A stretch of 64,000 nt of DNA from Candidatus Moraniibacteriota bacterium (GTDB lineage: Bacteria > Patescibacteriota > Minisyncoccia > Moranbacterales > UBA1568), in NCBI GenBank assembly GCA_052035095.1, contig JBPOHW010000005.1, positions 30,269-94,268 on the forward strand, in the 5' to 3' direction. The notes below the pieces were generated by a model. That model saw only the letters and a program-made list of their open reading frames with translations, was not told the origin of the DNA and ran no database searches. Shown piece after piece: positions 1 to 9,903 of the stretch. Made by a program: the position numbers and the translations under genes. Within the stretch, counting starts at the first letter, position 1, and every line of letters starts with the position of its first letter.

Positions 1-936
1 ACAGCTTGTCGCATTGGTGACAACGCTCCAGCTGAGGATAGAGGAAGCGTCGGAGGTAATGCTTGTTGGATTGGCTGTAAAGGTGAAGGTGGGGGCGGAA
101 GTGCCACCAATGAGCACATCGCCATTTTCCATATTGCCAGTTGCGGGAGTGCCAGAGGCAGAGTCTGTGTATACCTCCATTTCATCCCAATAAACGTGAT
201 TTACAGCATCATGAACACGTGTTCCAGCGACACCTGACCAGTTAGACCCAAGGTAAAGAGGCGCATCCGTTACACCGGAGACATCATATGTTGCCACATC
301 TCTAATGAGAGCATCGTTGATCCAAATGCGATGCAAGTTTGTTGCCCTATTGAAGTACATCTCAAGTTTCGTCCAAGCGGAACGAGAGAGCGATCCCATA
401 TACCACTGATGATTTCCCGGAGTTGGAGTATCATGTATCCAGCCCACCCAAGCAGGATCTGTTCCGGGATTTACTTGTTCCATACCCAAGTATGCCTCAT
501 ATCCAGACAGGCTAAAAAATCGCAATAACTTTGGTCCAGTATTATCTCCACCCGCACCCGTTGACGTCATGTTGGGAGATACCCGAATATACACCCGAAA
601 AAAGAGTTCATTTCCGGAAACAGAAGGGAACGCCATGGTTTCATAACTCGCCGGGTCATTCCATTCAACCGTACCATTCCAATTGCACTGAGCTATTCGG
701 CTCCCCGATTGTGGAGCAGCACCTCCATCCCCCGGCGACGCAACAACCGTGCATCTATTTCGAAGATCAACTTGCCTCCACAAGCTCGTATTCCCACTTT
801 CAAATCCATCATAAAATACCCGAGTCGCCGCCATCACATTGTATGGGATCGCGGTTAGAGAAGCCACGCAAAACAACGCAAAAACCAAAAGAAAAGCAGG
901 GGTGATGAATCTTCTCTGATACAGCTGGTTTTTCAT
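1..936 (-). CDS. Secreted/surface protein, 5' part only (runs off the window): signal peptide, beta-sandwich (LamG/polysaccharide-lyase-like) domain, then start of an Ig-like repeat
   Basis: Manual translation from ATG at 936: MKNQLYQRRFITPAFLLVFALFCVASLTAIPYNVMAATRVFYDGFESGNTSLW...WTKLEMYFN...IWIND...VYWDEMEVY...TFTFTANPTSITSDASSILSWSVVTNATSC. Open to position 1 and absent from the ORF track. Confidence 0.75.
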   Translation of the reverse strand, partial: MKNQLYQRRFITPAFLLVFALFCVASLTAIPYNVMAATRVFYDGFESGNTSLWRQVDLRNRCTVVASPGDGGAAPQSGSRIAQCNWNGTVEWNDPASYETMAFPSVSGNELFFRVYIRVSPNMTSTGAGGDNTGPKLLRFFSLSGYEAYLGMEQVNPGTDPAWVGWIHDTPTPGNHQWYMGSLSRSAWTKLEMYFNRATNLHRIWINDALIRDVATYDVSGVTDAPLYLGSNWSGVAGTRVHDAVNHVYWDEMEVYTDSASGTPATGNMENGDVLIGGTSAPTFTFTANPTSITSDASSILSWSVVTNATSC

Positions 937-1001
937 ACGCAAGGTATTATTTTTTTGTTTAAAAAAACTAACGAAACACACTTTCAAAGAAAAATTATAC
1001 C

Positions 1002-2315
1002 TCAATCAGAGACAGCGACAGTGAATGGTTTCCGCTTCCACTCCTCCGACTGACGACAGAGCAGTTCGCGCGCGCGCGACGGTTCCGCCATTACAATTTC
1101 GACCGCCTTTTCAAGTCGCATTCCTTGGGAACCTTTGAGAAGCGCGATATCGCCCTCGCGAAGCGAAGCCGCGAGCTGCGTTCCAAGCGACTCGGGATCC
1201 AAAAACCAGTGCACCTGCTCACTCGGGAAGCCCGATCGCTCCAGAGTTTCCTTCGCCAAAAGCATTGCTTTCCCAAGAAGAAACACCTCCTGAACATCGC
1301 ACCCCTTGAGCCACTCTGCGACCGCTCGGTGCGAAAATTCACTTTCAGCGCCCAGCTCAAGCATATCGCCGAGCGCCGCGAGACGTCGAACCCCGCCGAG
1401 ACTCCCCAGCGTCTTGAGCGCGGCCTCCAAAGATTTCGGCGAAGCGTTATACGTATCGTCAACAATGAGCGAGCGATGCACCCCTTCAAAAAGCCGCATC
1501 CTGCCGGGGAGCGAACGAAAATTCCGAAGCGCCTCCGCCACCTCGAGCGGATTCATCTTGAAATGAATACCGACCGCGGCGGCGGCGAGCGCCGCTCCGA
1601 TATGATGCTCGGCAATCACATTCGGCAGACGGACGGGAATACTCTTTCCCTCATATTCCATCTTGAAACTCGTCCCGATCGGCGCGCCCACCGTATCGCG
1701 AAAAAATGAAATATGCGTCGCCCGCACATCCGCCGCTTCGTCAAAGCCGTACGACAAGACCGTCGCTTTCGTTTTGTCGCGAAATTTCATCACGCGCGGC
1801 TCATCCACGTTCAAGACGGCGAGTCCGTTTTTCGGAAGCCCGGTAATAAGTTTTCCTTTTTCGCGCGAAACCACCGACACCGTTTTGAAAAACTCGAGGT
1901 GACTCGTTGAAATGGCGGTCAAAACTCCGACCGTCGGCGACAGGAACCCGAGGAGATAGTCCATATCCCCCACGCGATCAATGCCGAGCTCTAACACAAG
2001 CATCTCCGGATATCGACTTCGCGGGAGAAGAAGCGTCGCGAGACATCGAAAGGGAGCGCACGCGAGACGAAGCTTCGAGTTTCCGGACGACGATGATCCG
2101 AGAATCGCGAGCGGAACACCGATTTCGTTATTGAAGTTTCCCGGACTCTCCCTCACGCGAAACCGTGCCGAGAGAACCGTCGCAATCGCCTCCTTGGTCG
2201 AACTCTTTCCGACCGACCCGGTAATCCCGATAACGATCGGTCGATGCCGCCGCAAAACAAGTATCGCCATCAGGCGAAGCGCCGACTCTAGAAAACGCAC
2301 AAGAAAAGATTTCAT
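1002..2315 (-). CDS. murF: UDP-N-acetylmuramoyl-tripeptide--D-Ala-D-Ala ligase
   Basis: ITGSVGKSSTKE P-loop, NFNNEIGVPL, DDTYNASP, GDMLELG and KGSQGMRLE motifs; dcw context. Confidence 0.92.
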   Translation of the reverse strand: MKSFLVRFLESALRLMAILVLRRHRPIVIGITGSVGKSSTKEAIATVLSARFRVRESPGNFNNEIGVPLAILGSSSSGNSKLRLACAPFRCLATLLLPRSRYPEMLVLELGIDRVGDMDYLLGFLSPTVGVLTAISTSHLEFFKTVSVVSREKGKLITGLPKNGLAVLNVDEPRVMKFRDKTKATVLSYGFDEAADVRATHISFFRDTVGAPIGTSFKMEYEGKSIPVRLPNVIAEHHIGAALAAAAVGIHFKMNPLEVAEALRNFRSLPGRMRLFEGVHRSLIVDDTYNASPKSLEAALKTLGSLGGVRRLAALGDMLELGAESEFSHRAVAEWLKGCDVQEVFLLGKAMLLAKETLERSGFPSEQVHWFLDPESLGTQLAASLREGDIALLKGSQGMRLEKAVEIVMAEPSRARELLCRQSEEWKRKPFTVAVSD

Positions 2316-2364
2316 ACCGAAAAGACAAAAAAGTATTCGCTCGCTACTCTCTACTTGCTACTCT

Positions 2365-4128
2365 CTACTGACGCCTCATTGCCTCCGTCGGCTCGATGCG
2401 GGCGTATTCGAGCAGAAACTTCATCACCTTGCCAAAGGTCGGCGCGGCGCTCGACTCCGCCCAGACGACATCCTTGGGGTTATCAATCTTTACCAAAACG
2501 GCGAACTTGGGATCGGAGAGTGGCGCGTAACCGACAAACGACCCGATATTCATTCCCTCTTCATATCCTTTTTCGCCGCGTTTCGCAACCTGCGCCGTCC
2601 CGGTTTTTCCGACCACCTCATACCCGGGCACATCGGCGCGCTTCCCGTGACCGTTCACGACAACATTCCGGAGCATAGCCCCCATCGCGCGCGCCGTCCC
2701 TTCGCTCACTACCGACCGAATCTCTTCGGGAGCAACTTCTTCGACACGTCCATCGGAAAGAATCATTCGTCGCACAATTCTCGGTTTCATCAGAACGCCG
2801 CCATTCGCGATCGCCGCGTAGGCATTCACCATTTGAAGCGGCGTAGCGGTAATACCCTGCCCGAAGGAAGCGGTATAGAATTCGATGGAGCGCTTCGTGT
2901 TTGCGAGATTTTTGATGTTTCCCGCCGCCTCCGCCGGAAGCGCCACGCCCGTCTTCTCCCCGAAACCGAAGCGTTTCAAGTACTCTCGAAACCGCTCATT
3001 CCCAACCTGCCGCTCGACGAATATGACGCCGGTATTGATGGATTCCTCCAAAACTCGCGTCATACTTGATCGACCATACACCTTCTCCTCGGCGTTCTTG
3101 ATAACATAGCCCCCTTCCTTCACCATTCCCGTATCGACATACTCGGTCGCCGCATTCACTTTCCCATCTTCGATACCAATCGCCATCGTCACCGGCTTCA
3201 TAATGGATCCGGGTTCATACGAAAGACTCACCGCCGGATTCAAGAACGATTCGGGATTCTCCACTTTCGAATACTCGTTCGGATTGAAATTGGGAAAAGA
3301 CGCGAGCGCGAGAATACTTCCCGTTTTCGGCTCCAGCACGAGAATCGTCCCGCCATCCGCGTGAAATCCCTCCACCGCTTCCTTCAAAATCTTCTCCACC
3401 TCATACTGAATCACCCGCTCAAGGGTGAGGACGATATTCGCCCCATGTTCGGGCGGAGCGAAAATTTTTCCCGAAAGCGGAATCCACCGTCCGCTCGCGT
3501 CGCGTTCATTGGAGAGGGATCCATGCTCTCCTTTGAGCGAAGTCTCAAACGACGCTTCAACTCCGTAGCGTCCGGCAAACGCATCTTCCTTCATCCCGAC
3601 GAATCCGACCGTCTGCGCGGCAAGATGCTCGCCCGGATAATACCGATACGTCTCCGGCAACAGAGAAACACCCTCCAAATTAAGCTCGCGCATACGCGAA
3701 ACTTCTTCATCCGAAAGTCGCCGCTTCAAAATTTCAAACGGATCGTTTTCCTTGGAAAGTTTCTCGAGAATAAATGACGAATCAAGCGAGAGCGCCGACT
3801 CGAGGTGGCGAACCGTTTGCGCGCGATCGCGAATATCCGCCGGCACGGCATAGGCGAGGAAGTACTCGCGATTCACCGCGACGGGATACAGGTCATTCGC
3901 GTCGCTCAGAAAAATTTCTCCGCGGTCCGAAGGAAGCTCTCTCGAAACATTCTGCTGCTCTTCCGCGAGCGCGAGAGAAATATCGCGTCGCACGACTTGA
4001 AGCACAAAAAGTCTCGCGACGAGCGCGAGAGAAAGACAAAAAATAAAAAGCACGAGAGCGGAAATCCTCCAGTGCTTCCGAGGAGAAGCTGCCTTCGCGC
4101 GTTTTTGAGCAGTTTTCCGCATGAACAT
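2365..4128 (-). CDS. ftsI: Class B penicillin-binding protein (FtsI/PBP3)
   Basis: N-terminal TM; EPGSIMK (SxxK), SIN, KTGTAQ; follows ftsL. Start moved to the ATG at 4128. Confidence 0.85.
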   Translation of the reverse strand: MFMRKTAQKRAKAASPRKHWRISALVLFIFCLSLALVARLFVLQVVRRDISLALAEEQQNVSRELPSDRGEIFLSDANDLYPVAVNREYFLAYAVPADIRDRAQTVRHLESALSLDSSFILEKLSKENDPFEILKRRLSDEEVSRMRELNLEGVSLLPETYRYYPGEHLAAQTVGFVGMKEDAFAGRYGVEASFETSLKGEHGSLSNERDASGRWIPLSGKIFAPPEHGANIVLTLERVIQYEVEKILKEAVEGFHADGGTILVLEPKTGSILALASFPNFNPNEYSKVENPESFLNPAVSLSYEPGSIMKPVTMAIGIEDGKVNAATEYVDTGMVKEGGYVIKNAEEKVYGRSSMTRVLEESINTGVIFVERQVGNERFREYLKRFGFGEKTGVALPAEAAGNIKNLANTKRSIEFYTASFGQGITATPLQMVNAYAAIANGGVLMKPRIVRRMILSDGRVEEVAPEEIRSVVSEGTARAMGAMLRNVVVNGHGKRADVPGYEVVGKTGTAQVAKRGEKGYEEGMNIGSFVGYAPLSDPKFAVLVKIDNPKDVVWAESSAAPTFGKVMKFLLEYARIEPTEAMRRQ

Positions 4129-4250
4129 TACGGCATAAGTTCCAATATCCAAACTCCAATTTCCAAATAAATTTCAATATTCAAAATAGTAGAAACATTC
4201 TCGCTTGATATTTGTGATTTGAAATTTATTTGGAACTTGTGATTTTGAAT

Positions 4251-4604
4251 TTATTTCCCGTAGGCAACCGTACCCGGCTCTTCAAGGGAAATCGCTCCCT
4301 CAATCGGCTTCATATCAAGGCAACTACTCGCTTCTTCCAGACCATAGAGCGATCGGAGCTCCGCCTCTCGTATGCGGAGCCGTTGCGATTCATTCGAAAG
4401 CTCGATCATCCGTTTCTCGACGGCGCGCATAGAATACCCCGCGACCGCGTTCCGGTTCACCGAGAAGAGATACCCGACCACCGCAACAAAAAGACTGAGG
4501 CAGGCAAGTATCTTTGCAATTCGCAGTCGCCCCCCCGACCCTAATGTCTCCGCCTCGTCACGATGAGGCGCGCACCCTCGCATTGTCATATGTTTCCGGT
4601 ACAT
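4251..4604 (-). CDS. ftsL: FtsL-like cell division protein
   Basis: Single TM plus coiled coil, located between rsmH and ftsI. Confidence 0.6.
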   Translation of the reverse strand: MYRKHMTMRGCAPHRDEAETLGSGGRLRIAKILACLSLFVAVVGYLFSVNRNAVAGYSMRAVEKRMIELSNESQRLRIREAELRSLYGLEEASSCLDMKPIEGAISLEEPGTVAYGK

Positions 4605-4731
4605 CGCGTTGTTGTTTTTATTTTAGACTTCGCGGCGGTCAGCTCTCAGCAATCAGCCTCCAGCAATTGACCTTATTCATTACTCCCCGCCCGCACCCCG
4701 ATTCATCGGGGAGCGATGCGGGCAGGCCTGT

Positions 4732-5703
4732 TCATTGCCCCTTTTTCCCTGATATCCTCTCCGCTATTCGAAGCTTGGCGCTTCGCGCTCGCGGATTTTC
4801 CCGTGTTTCTCTATCGCTCGGGACAATCGCTCGCTTCGTAATAATATTGAGCCGCACCTTCCTTCCGCACCGGCAGACCGGAAATTCACGTGGACAGACG
4901 CATCCCCTGGCGTCTTCCGCAAATATCCGCTTCACCGTTCTCTCCTCGCCGGAGTGGAACGAAAGTACCGCTATTCTCCCGTCTTCCTTCAAAAGCCCGA
5001 TCGCGTCATACAAAAATTTTTCCAGTGATGCTCGCTCATGATTAACCGCAATGCGAAGCGCCTGAAATATCTTGGTTGCCGGATGAATCGAGGCGCGCCG
5101 ATCGCGCGAAACGCTTTTCACAAAATCCGCAAATTCGGTCGTTGTCTCAAATGTTCGCTCCTTCCTCCGCGTTCCAATCGCCCTCGCCATTCTTCCGGCA
5201 TCGCGCACATCCCCGTATTCTCGAAATATCTCGGCAAGCGCCCCCTCGCTCCAGGTATTGACTATCTTCCCCGCCGTCTCGCCATCACTTTGATCAAGTC
5301 GCATATCGAGCGGCCCTTCGCGAAGGAATGAAAACCCGCGCGCCGGATCGTCGAGCTGATCGGATGAGAATCCCAGATCGGCAACAATACCGGAAACGGA
5401 TGAGATACCCCGATCTCGAAGCGCTTCCCCGATATCCGAAAACTGCCGGTGGATGAGCGCAACGCTCCCATCACGAAGTCCGTTCAGAGAATCTCTCTCA
5501 TGCTCGAGGCGATCCCGGAAGCGAACGATCGCCGTCTCATCCGCGTCAAACGCAAAGAGTCGACCGTCCGGCAAAATCCGCTTCAATATGCCGAGCGCGT
5601 GTCCGCCTCCCCCCAGAGTGGCGTCCACTATCGTATCTCCTTTGTTAAGGTTCAACCCCTCAATCACCTCGGACAGCATCACCGGAATATGGATCGTAGA
5701 CAT
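4732..5703 (-). CDS. rsmH: 16S rRNA m4C1402 methyltransferase
   Basis: HIPVML, DATLGGGGH, DLGFSSDQLD, GPLDMR, NPRARSAKLR. Confidence 0.97.
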   Translation of the reverse strand: MSTIHIPVMLSEVIEGLNLNKGDTIVDATLGGGGHALGILKRILPDGRLFAFDADETAIVRFRDRLEHERDSLNGLRDGSVALIHRQFSDIGEALRDRGISSVSGIVADLGFSSDQLDDPARGFSFLREGPLDMRLDQSDGETAGKIVNTWSEGALAEIFREYGDVRDAGRMARAIGTRRKERTFETTTEFADFVKSVSRDRRASIHPATKIFQALRIAVNHERASLEKFLYDAIGLLKEDGRIAVLSFHSGEERTVKRIFAEDARGCVCPREFPVCRCGRKVRLNIITKRAIVPSDRETRENPRARSAKLRIAERISGKKGQ

Positions 5704-5815
5704 AACAGAGTACGGAAAGCTAATTTCAAATAATAAATTTCAAGTTTTAAAATAATTTTTGAATTTCAAAAATTTAGAATCATTTTGCATTTTTCATTTT
5801 ACATTTTGCATTTCC

Positions 5816-6250
5816 CTAGTACGCTCCCATCTTCCCCAATTCTTCCGCGATTCGTTCGGAGTTTCCTTCGGCATCCTGCTTGTAGTGTTTCCACTTCGTC
5901 TCATCCCACACCTCAAGCCGATTCCAGAGTCCGGCGACAATCACATCCTTCGACAATCCGGCATAATCCTTGAGGGCATCCGGTATGAGGATTCGTCCCT
6001 GACTGTCCACCTCGGTATCGAAGGCTCCCGCAAGCATCAGCCGCACAAAGCTCCGCGTCCCCCCCTCGCCGATCGGCATCGAACCGAGCTTCTCCGCGAG
6101 CGCCTCCCATGTTTTCATCGGATAGACAAAGAGGCACTGATCGAGCCCGCGCGTCACCACCACCCGACTCCCCAATTCGCCGCGTACCTTTGATGGAAGC
6201 GAGAGTCGTTTTTTCGTATCGATACTGTGGGTATACTCGCCGATGAACAT
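5816..6250 (-). CDS. mraZ: Transcriptional regulator MraZ
   Basis: MFIGEYTHSIDTKKRLSLP, DSQGRILIP, RLEVWD; true start at 6250. Confidence 0.96.
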   Translation of the reverse strand: MFIGEYTHSIDTKKRLSLPSKVRGELGSRVVVTRGLDQCLFVYPMKTWEALAEKLGSMPIGEGGTRSFVRLMLAGAFDTEVDSQGRILIPDALKDYAGLSKDVIVAGLWNRLEVWDETKWKHYKQDAEGNSERIAEELGKMGAY

Positions 6251-6270
6251 ACCATTTTTCTCAAAGACCT

Positions 6271-6333
6271 CCACTCTGCCCCACTCTCTTCCACTCTGTC
6301 CCCATTTTATTCCACTTGCTTCCCTTGTGTCAA
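6271..6333 (-). promoter_or_regulatory. dcw promoter with MraZ-binding direct repeats
   Basis: Minus-strand TTGACA(6333-6328)-18nt-TAAAAT(6309-6304), overlapping five (G/A)TGG boxes at about 10-bp period (plus-strand CCAC/CCAT at 6271, 6281, 6291, 6302, 6312). Confidence 0.75.
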
Positions 6334-6487
6334 ATATCGCGAAACAAAAAAGAAAAGCCCTCCATATCGGCTCTCTTTTAGCGGAAGAATCTTGACATTT
6401 CAGCAAAAATACGTTATACAGAAATGATTCTCGCCGACAGCATCAGCGAGAAGAAGCTGTCCTTGAACAATTCAAAGGAGCGCTGAA

Positions 6488-6748
6488 GTGACCACCAGTA
6501 CCTTGACGCTTGCTGCATTAATTCCAAGCCTCATACTCAATGTAGGGCTTCTGTATCTTTATTTCCGCTCTCAGAGAGATATGAAAAAACTCAGGGAGAG
6601 CTATCACCGAGCCATATTTGAACTCGAGAAAATGAGGTCCGATGTTCGCAGAGAATTACAGAACATTCTCGAAAACCTCCAGAAACATCGGGAAGGTGTC
6701 GAAACCCTTCTCAAAACCCTGCAATCCGAAGATGAGGTGAAAAAATGA
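6488..6748 (+). CDS. Small membrane-anchored coiled-coil protein
   Basis: AAGGAG RBS, N-terminal TM, ATGA overlap with the GGDEF gene; TTGACA-17-TATACA at 6392-6420. Confidence 0.65.
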   Translation: MTTSTLTLAALIPSLILNVGLLYLYFRSQRDMKKLRESYHRAIFELEKMRSDVRRELQNILENLQKHREGVETLLKTLQSEDEVKK

Positions 6749-7437
6749 TTGATCTACAACCAGGCGCTCTTAGGGAAAATCTGACACGCCAGATAAACCA
6801 ACTCAAAGAGGAGAACGAGAGGCTCAAAGAAAAAGTTCAGGAGCTCGAGCTCCTCGTCACGGAAGATCCGCTCACAGGTGTGCTCAATAGGAGGGGGCTC
6901 AATGACGCATGGGGACGCGTTGAATCGTTCCTCAGCAGAAATAAAGAAGCCCTCTGTACCCTCCTCTTTTTTGATGTCGATCATTTCAAGAGGATAAACG
7001 ACGAGCTTGGCCATGAAATGGGAGATATAGCACTCACCTTCTTGGCGCGAGCACTCGTCACCTCAGTACGACCGGGAGATATCGTAGCGCGACTCGGCGG
7101 CGATGAATTCACGGTCATTCTGGTTGGGAGCTCAATAAAACAGGCTTTCGGTCGCCTATTCCAGATAGAGGAACACTTCTCAATGTGGCTCCGGAACGCC
7201 CTAATGTCGAAGCATGGAAATATCCCGCCGGAAATACGCATCAGTACCTCGTGCGGCATCAGAGAGTTCTCCAATGGAGAATTCGAGAAATGGTGGAGAG
7301 GCGATAAAACTGAATCAACTCTCCTAGAGAGGATACTCTCTGAGGCGGATACATGTCTCCGCCAAGCGAAACAAGCAGGAAAGGGACAGATCTGCTGGAA
7401 AGAGGAGCGGGAATTCAAGTATCGCGTATATCTCTAA
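6745..7437 (+). CDS. Diguanylate cyclase (GGDEF)
   Basis: Coiled coil, DPLTGVLNRR, DVDHFKRIND..GH..GD, RPGD I-site, RLGGDEF. Confidence 0.92.
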   Translation: MIDLQPGALRENLTRQINQLKEENERLKEKVQELELLVTEDPLTGVLNRRGLNDAWGRVESFLSRNKEALCTLLFFDVDHFKRINDELGHEMGDIALTFLARALVTSVRPGDIVARLGGDEFTVILVGSSIKQAFGRLFQIEEHFSMWLRNALMSKHGNIPPEIRISTSCGIREFSNGEFEKWWRGDKTESTLLERILSEADTCLRQAKQAGKGQICWKEEREFKYRVYL

Positions 7438-7441
7438 AACC

Positions 7442-7470
7442 AAACGGGACGACACCAGTCGTCCCGTTTT
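7442..7470 (+). terminator. Intrinsic terminator (probably bidirectional)
   Basis: AAACGGGACGAC-acca-GTCGTCCCGTTTT. Confidence 0.75.
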
Positions 7471-7555
7471 CATTTCCTTTCTTCTCTGTTCATTGTTTCC
7501 TGCTCACTCTTCACTACTCTCTACTCATTACTCATTCCTCATTCTTCGCTCCTCC

Positions 7556-8935
7556 CTACAATTCCTCCGCAATCTTGAGGAGGAGTCGCACCGGCGCGCC
7601 GGCGGCGCCCTTCCCGAGGTACTCGCCTTCGACAGCGGTCATCCGCGGCGCCATATCGATATGCGCCCACATATAGTCGGTCGCGAATTGCGCGAGAAAC
7701 GCCGCCGCCGTGATGGCGCCGCCCCACCTGGTCCGTCCGATATTTGCCACGTCGCCAAACGTCCCCTTCACTTCCTCGTCATATTCTTCCCACAAAGGGA
7801 GCGGCCACACATAGTCACCAGACATTTCTCCAAGCTCGCGCAGTTTGGTTTCGAGCGCCTGGTCGCGCGTAAAAATCGCCGAGGCGCGCTCGCCAAGCGC
7901 CACGAGCGAGGCACCCGTCAGGGTCGCCACATCAATGACGAGCCTCGGCGCGTAGCGCTTGGCATAGTGGAGGGCGTCCGCGAGAATAATCCGCCCCTCG
8001 GCATCGGTATTCAAGACTTCGATCGTCTTCCCGCTCATCGAGCGGAGGACATCTCCCGGTCGATAGCTCGACCCGGACGGCATATTCTCGACCGCGGGCA
8101 CGAGCGCCACGAGATTTTTTTTCACCCCGAGGCGCGCCACGAGAGAGAGCGTATGAATCACCGCGGCGCCCCCGGACATATCCATATTCATTCCGAGTAT
8201 CGCGTCCGACGGTTTCAAGTTGATGCCGCCCGTATCAAACGTGACCCCCTTCCCGACAAACACCATCGGCGCTTCATTTTTCTTACCTCCTTGATATTCC
8301 ATGATGATAAACTTCGGCGGAATCTCCGATCCCTTCCCGACTCCCAAGATGCCTCCCATCTTGAGCTTTTTCATATCGGCTTCCTCGAGAATTTTCACGC
8401 GAATATGCTTTCCCTTCGCGACACGACGCGCCTCATCCGCGAGCGTTTGCGGCGTCACGTCACCTCCGGGCAGATTCGCGAGCCGCCGGCAGGCATTCAC
8501 TTCTTCACCGATGATTCGCCCGCGCTCCACGCCGTCTCGAAACGATTTCGACGCCCCGAGAATCGCGACATTCTCAACAAATGCAAATCCCTCCGGCGGT
8601 TTTGTCAAAAATTCCGTAAACTGAAAATTCGCCATCTCGAAATTGGTCGCGAGAATTTCGCCGAGGTTTCGATCGGATATGTCGAGATCCGAAAAATGGA
8701 AATCCGCCACATTAACAACGACGTTCTTCGCCCGCTTCGTCTTCGCGCGCGCGATCGCGCGCCGCGCAAGCAGGATGAGCTTCCTCCGCGTCATTTTTTC
8801 GGACTCCGAAACCCCGAGAAGTATTTCCACTCCGCCCGCATCATTCCTCACTACCTCATCTTCTTTCGCCCTCGCAATTCGTATCCGAACGCCTCCCGCA
8901 TTCTTCGTTTCCTCTTTCGGAAATACATATTTCAT
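7556..8935 (-). CDS. pepA: Leucyl aminopeptidase (M17)
   Basis: VGKGVTFDTGGINLK, DMSGGAAV, NTDAEGRIILAD, DVATLTG. Confidence 0.95.
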   Translation of the reverse strand: MKYVFPKEETKNAGGVRIRIARAKEDEVVRNDAGGVEILLGVSESEKMTRRKLILLARRAIARAKTKRAKNVVVNVADFHFSDLDISDRNLGEILATNFEMANFQFTEFLTKPPEGFAFVENVAILGASKSFRDGVERGRIIGEEVNACRRLANLPGGDVTPQTLADEARRVAKGKHIRVKILEEADMKKLKMGGILGVGKGSEIPPKFIIMEYQGGKKNEAPMVFVGKGVTFDTGGINLKPSDAILGMNMDMSGGAAVIHTLSLVARLGVKKNLVALVPAVENMPSGSSYRPGDVLRSMSGKTIEVLNTDAEGRIILADALHYAKRYAPRLVIDVATLTGASLVALGERASAIFTRDQALETKLRELGEMSGDYVWPLPLWEEYDEEVKGTFGDVANIGRTRWGGAITAAAFLAQFATDYMWAHIDMAPRMTAVEGEYLGKGAAGAPVRLLLKIAEEL

Positions 8936-9040
8936 AGACTTCACACTAAAGAATATGGACTGCAAATGTAAACGGTATCAGAAAAAAGGTATTTTTAAAA
9001 GCCCTGGGATTTCCAAGGCTTCTTATGCATTTGTGACCTG

Positions 9041-9361
9041 TTAGGTCGATTTTTCTTTTGAGGAACCTAAGTAGAGACAAATATACTCAGCTATTTTTCG
9101 GCATACAGCATCAAGGAGTGTAAAGCCAAGCTCTTGTAGAGCCACTCGGACTTCCTCAAGGCTCCCTACTGCAACGACACTTTCGGAAACTACTTCATAG
9201 TTTCCATACCCCCCATCTTCCAATCGAACTATTTCAATACTCGCATTGTCATCGGGTTTCAAAAGTCTCCCGACCCCAATATACGAAGTATTCGAAGGAT
9301 TGAGACCTCCTCCGACATCCACCACCTCTCCATCCTCAGACAAAAGAGTAAGACCGCACAT
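9041..9361 (-). CDS. Hypothetical protein
   Basis: 106-aa ORF filling the gap, followed by a hairpin at about 8997-9022; no family recognised. Confidence 0.5.
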   Translation of the reverse strand: MCGLTLLSEDGEVVDVGGGLNPSNTSYIGVGRLLKPDDNASIEIVRLEDGGYGNYEVVSESVVAVGSLEEVRVALQELGFTLLDAVCRKIAEYICLYLGSSKEKST

Positions 9362-9524
9362 AAAATCTCTATTTCCCCATGTCGAATTGTTAAGGTTCTT
9401 CCCTTTCCGTTTTCTCCTCGACCAACATATTGACGCAAAAACGAACTCGTGTCAATACGACCCGTCAAAAATACCGATGGGATCCACATCGCTTCAAAAT
9501 GTTTGCGGTTATAGGAGCAAAACC

Positions 9525-9576
9525 TTGACAAGCATTCCTCGCGTGATAGTATAACCACATACCTCCCCCAGAGGTA
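9525..9576 (+). promoter_or_regulatory. sigma70 promoter plus CsoR-type operator
   Basis: TTGACA(9525), then TGnTAGTAT(9544-9552), followed by the pseudo-palindrome TACCTC-CCCCA-GAGGTA (9560-9576) with a central C-tract, typical of CsoR operators. Confidence 0.75.
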
Positions 9577-9604
9577 CAAGGATACCGTTCATCACGAAAC
9601 AGCT

Positions 9605-9883
9605 ATGCTCAATCAAGAGAACAAGAAAAAGATCACCATCGGTCTCAAGAAAGCATCGAGCCTTATTTCCAAGGTGATCGAAATGGTAGAAAAAGATCGC
9701 TACTGCATCGAGGTTATGCAGCAGAACCTCGCCGTAATAGGGCTCCTCCGATCGGCGCATGAAGAGCTTATGGCGAATCACCTCGATACGTGCTTCCGAT
9801 CAGCGCTCGTCTCCGGAAACAAAAAAAAGAAAGAGGCGATGGTCGAGGAAATACTCAAAGTAAACCGCTTCTACAATAAATAA
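9605..9883 (+). CDS. csoR: CsoR/RcnR-family metal-sensing repressor
   Basis: MVEKDRYCIEVMQQ ... NHLDTCF gives a Cys/His/Cys ligand set (x-C-H-C, copper-sensing type). Confidence 0.85.
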   Translation: MLNQENKKKITIGLKKASSLISKVIEMVEKDRYCIEVMQQNLAVIGLLRSAHEELMANHLDTCFRSALVSGNKKKKEAMVEEILKVNRFYNK

Positions 9884-9903
9884 TCCGCTCGTATCGCGCC
9901 CAT

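Noticed and set aside
7493-8971. Long plus-strand ORFs (also 1981-3069, 11854-12936, 24673-25863, 27555-28646, 34663-36051, 47470-48552)
   Set aside because: Antisense shadows of well-recognised minus-strand genes; no motifs and Arg/His-rich composition.
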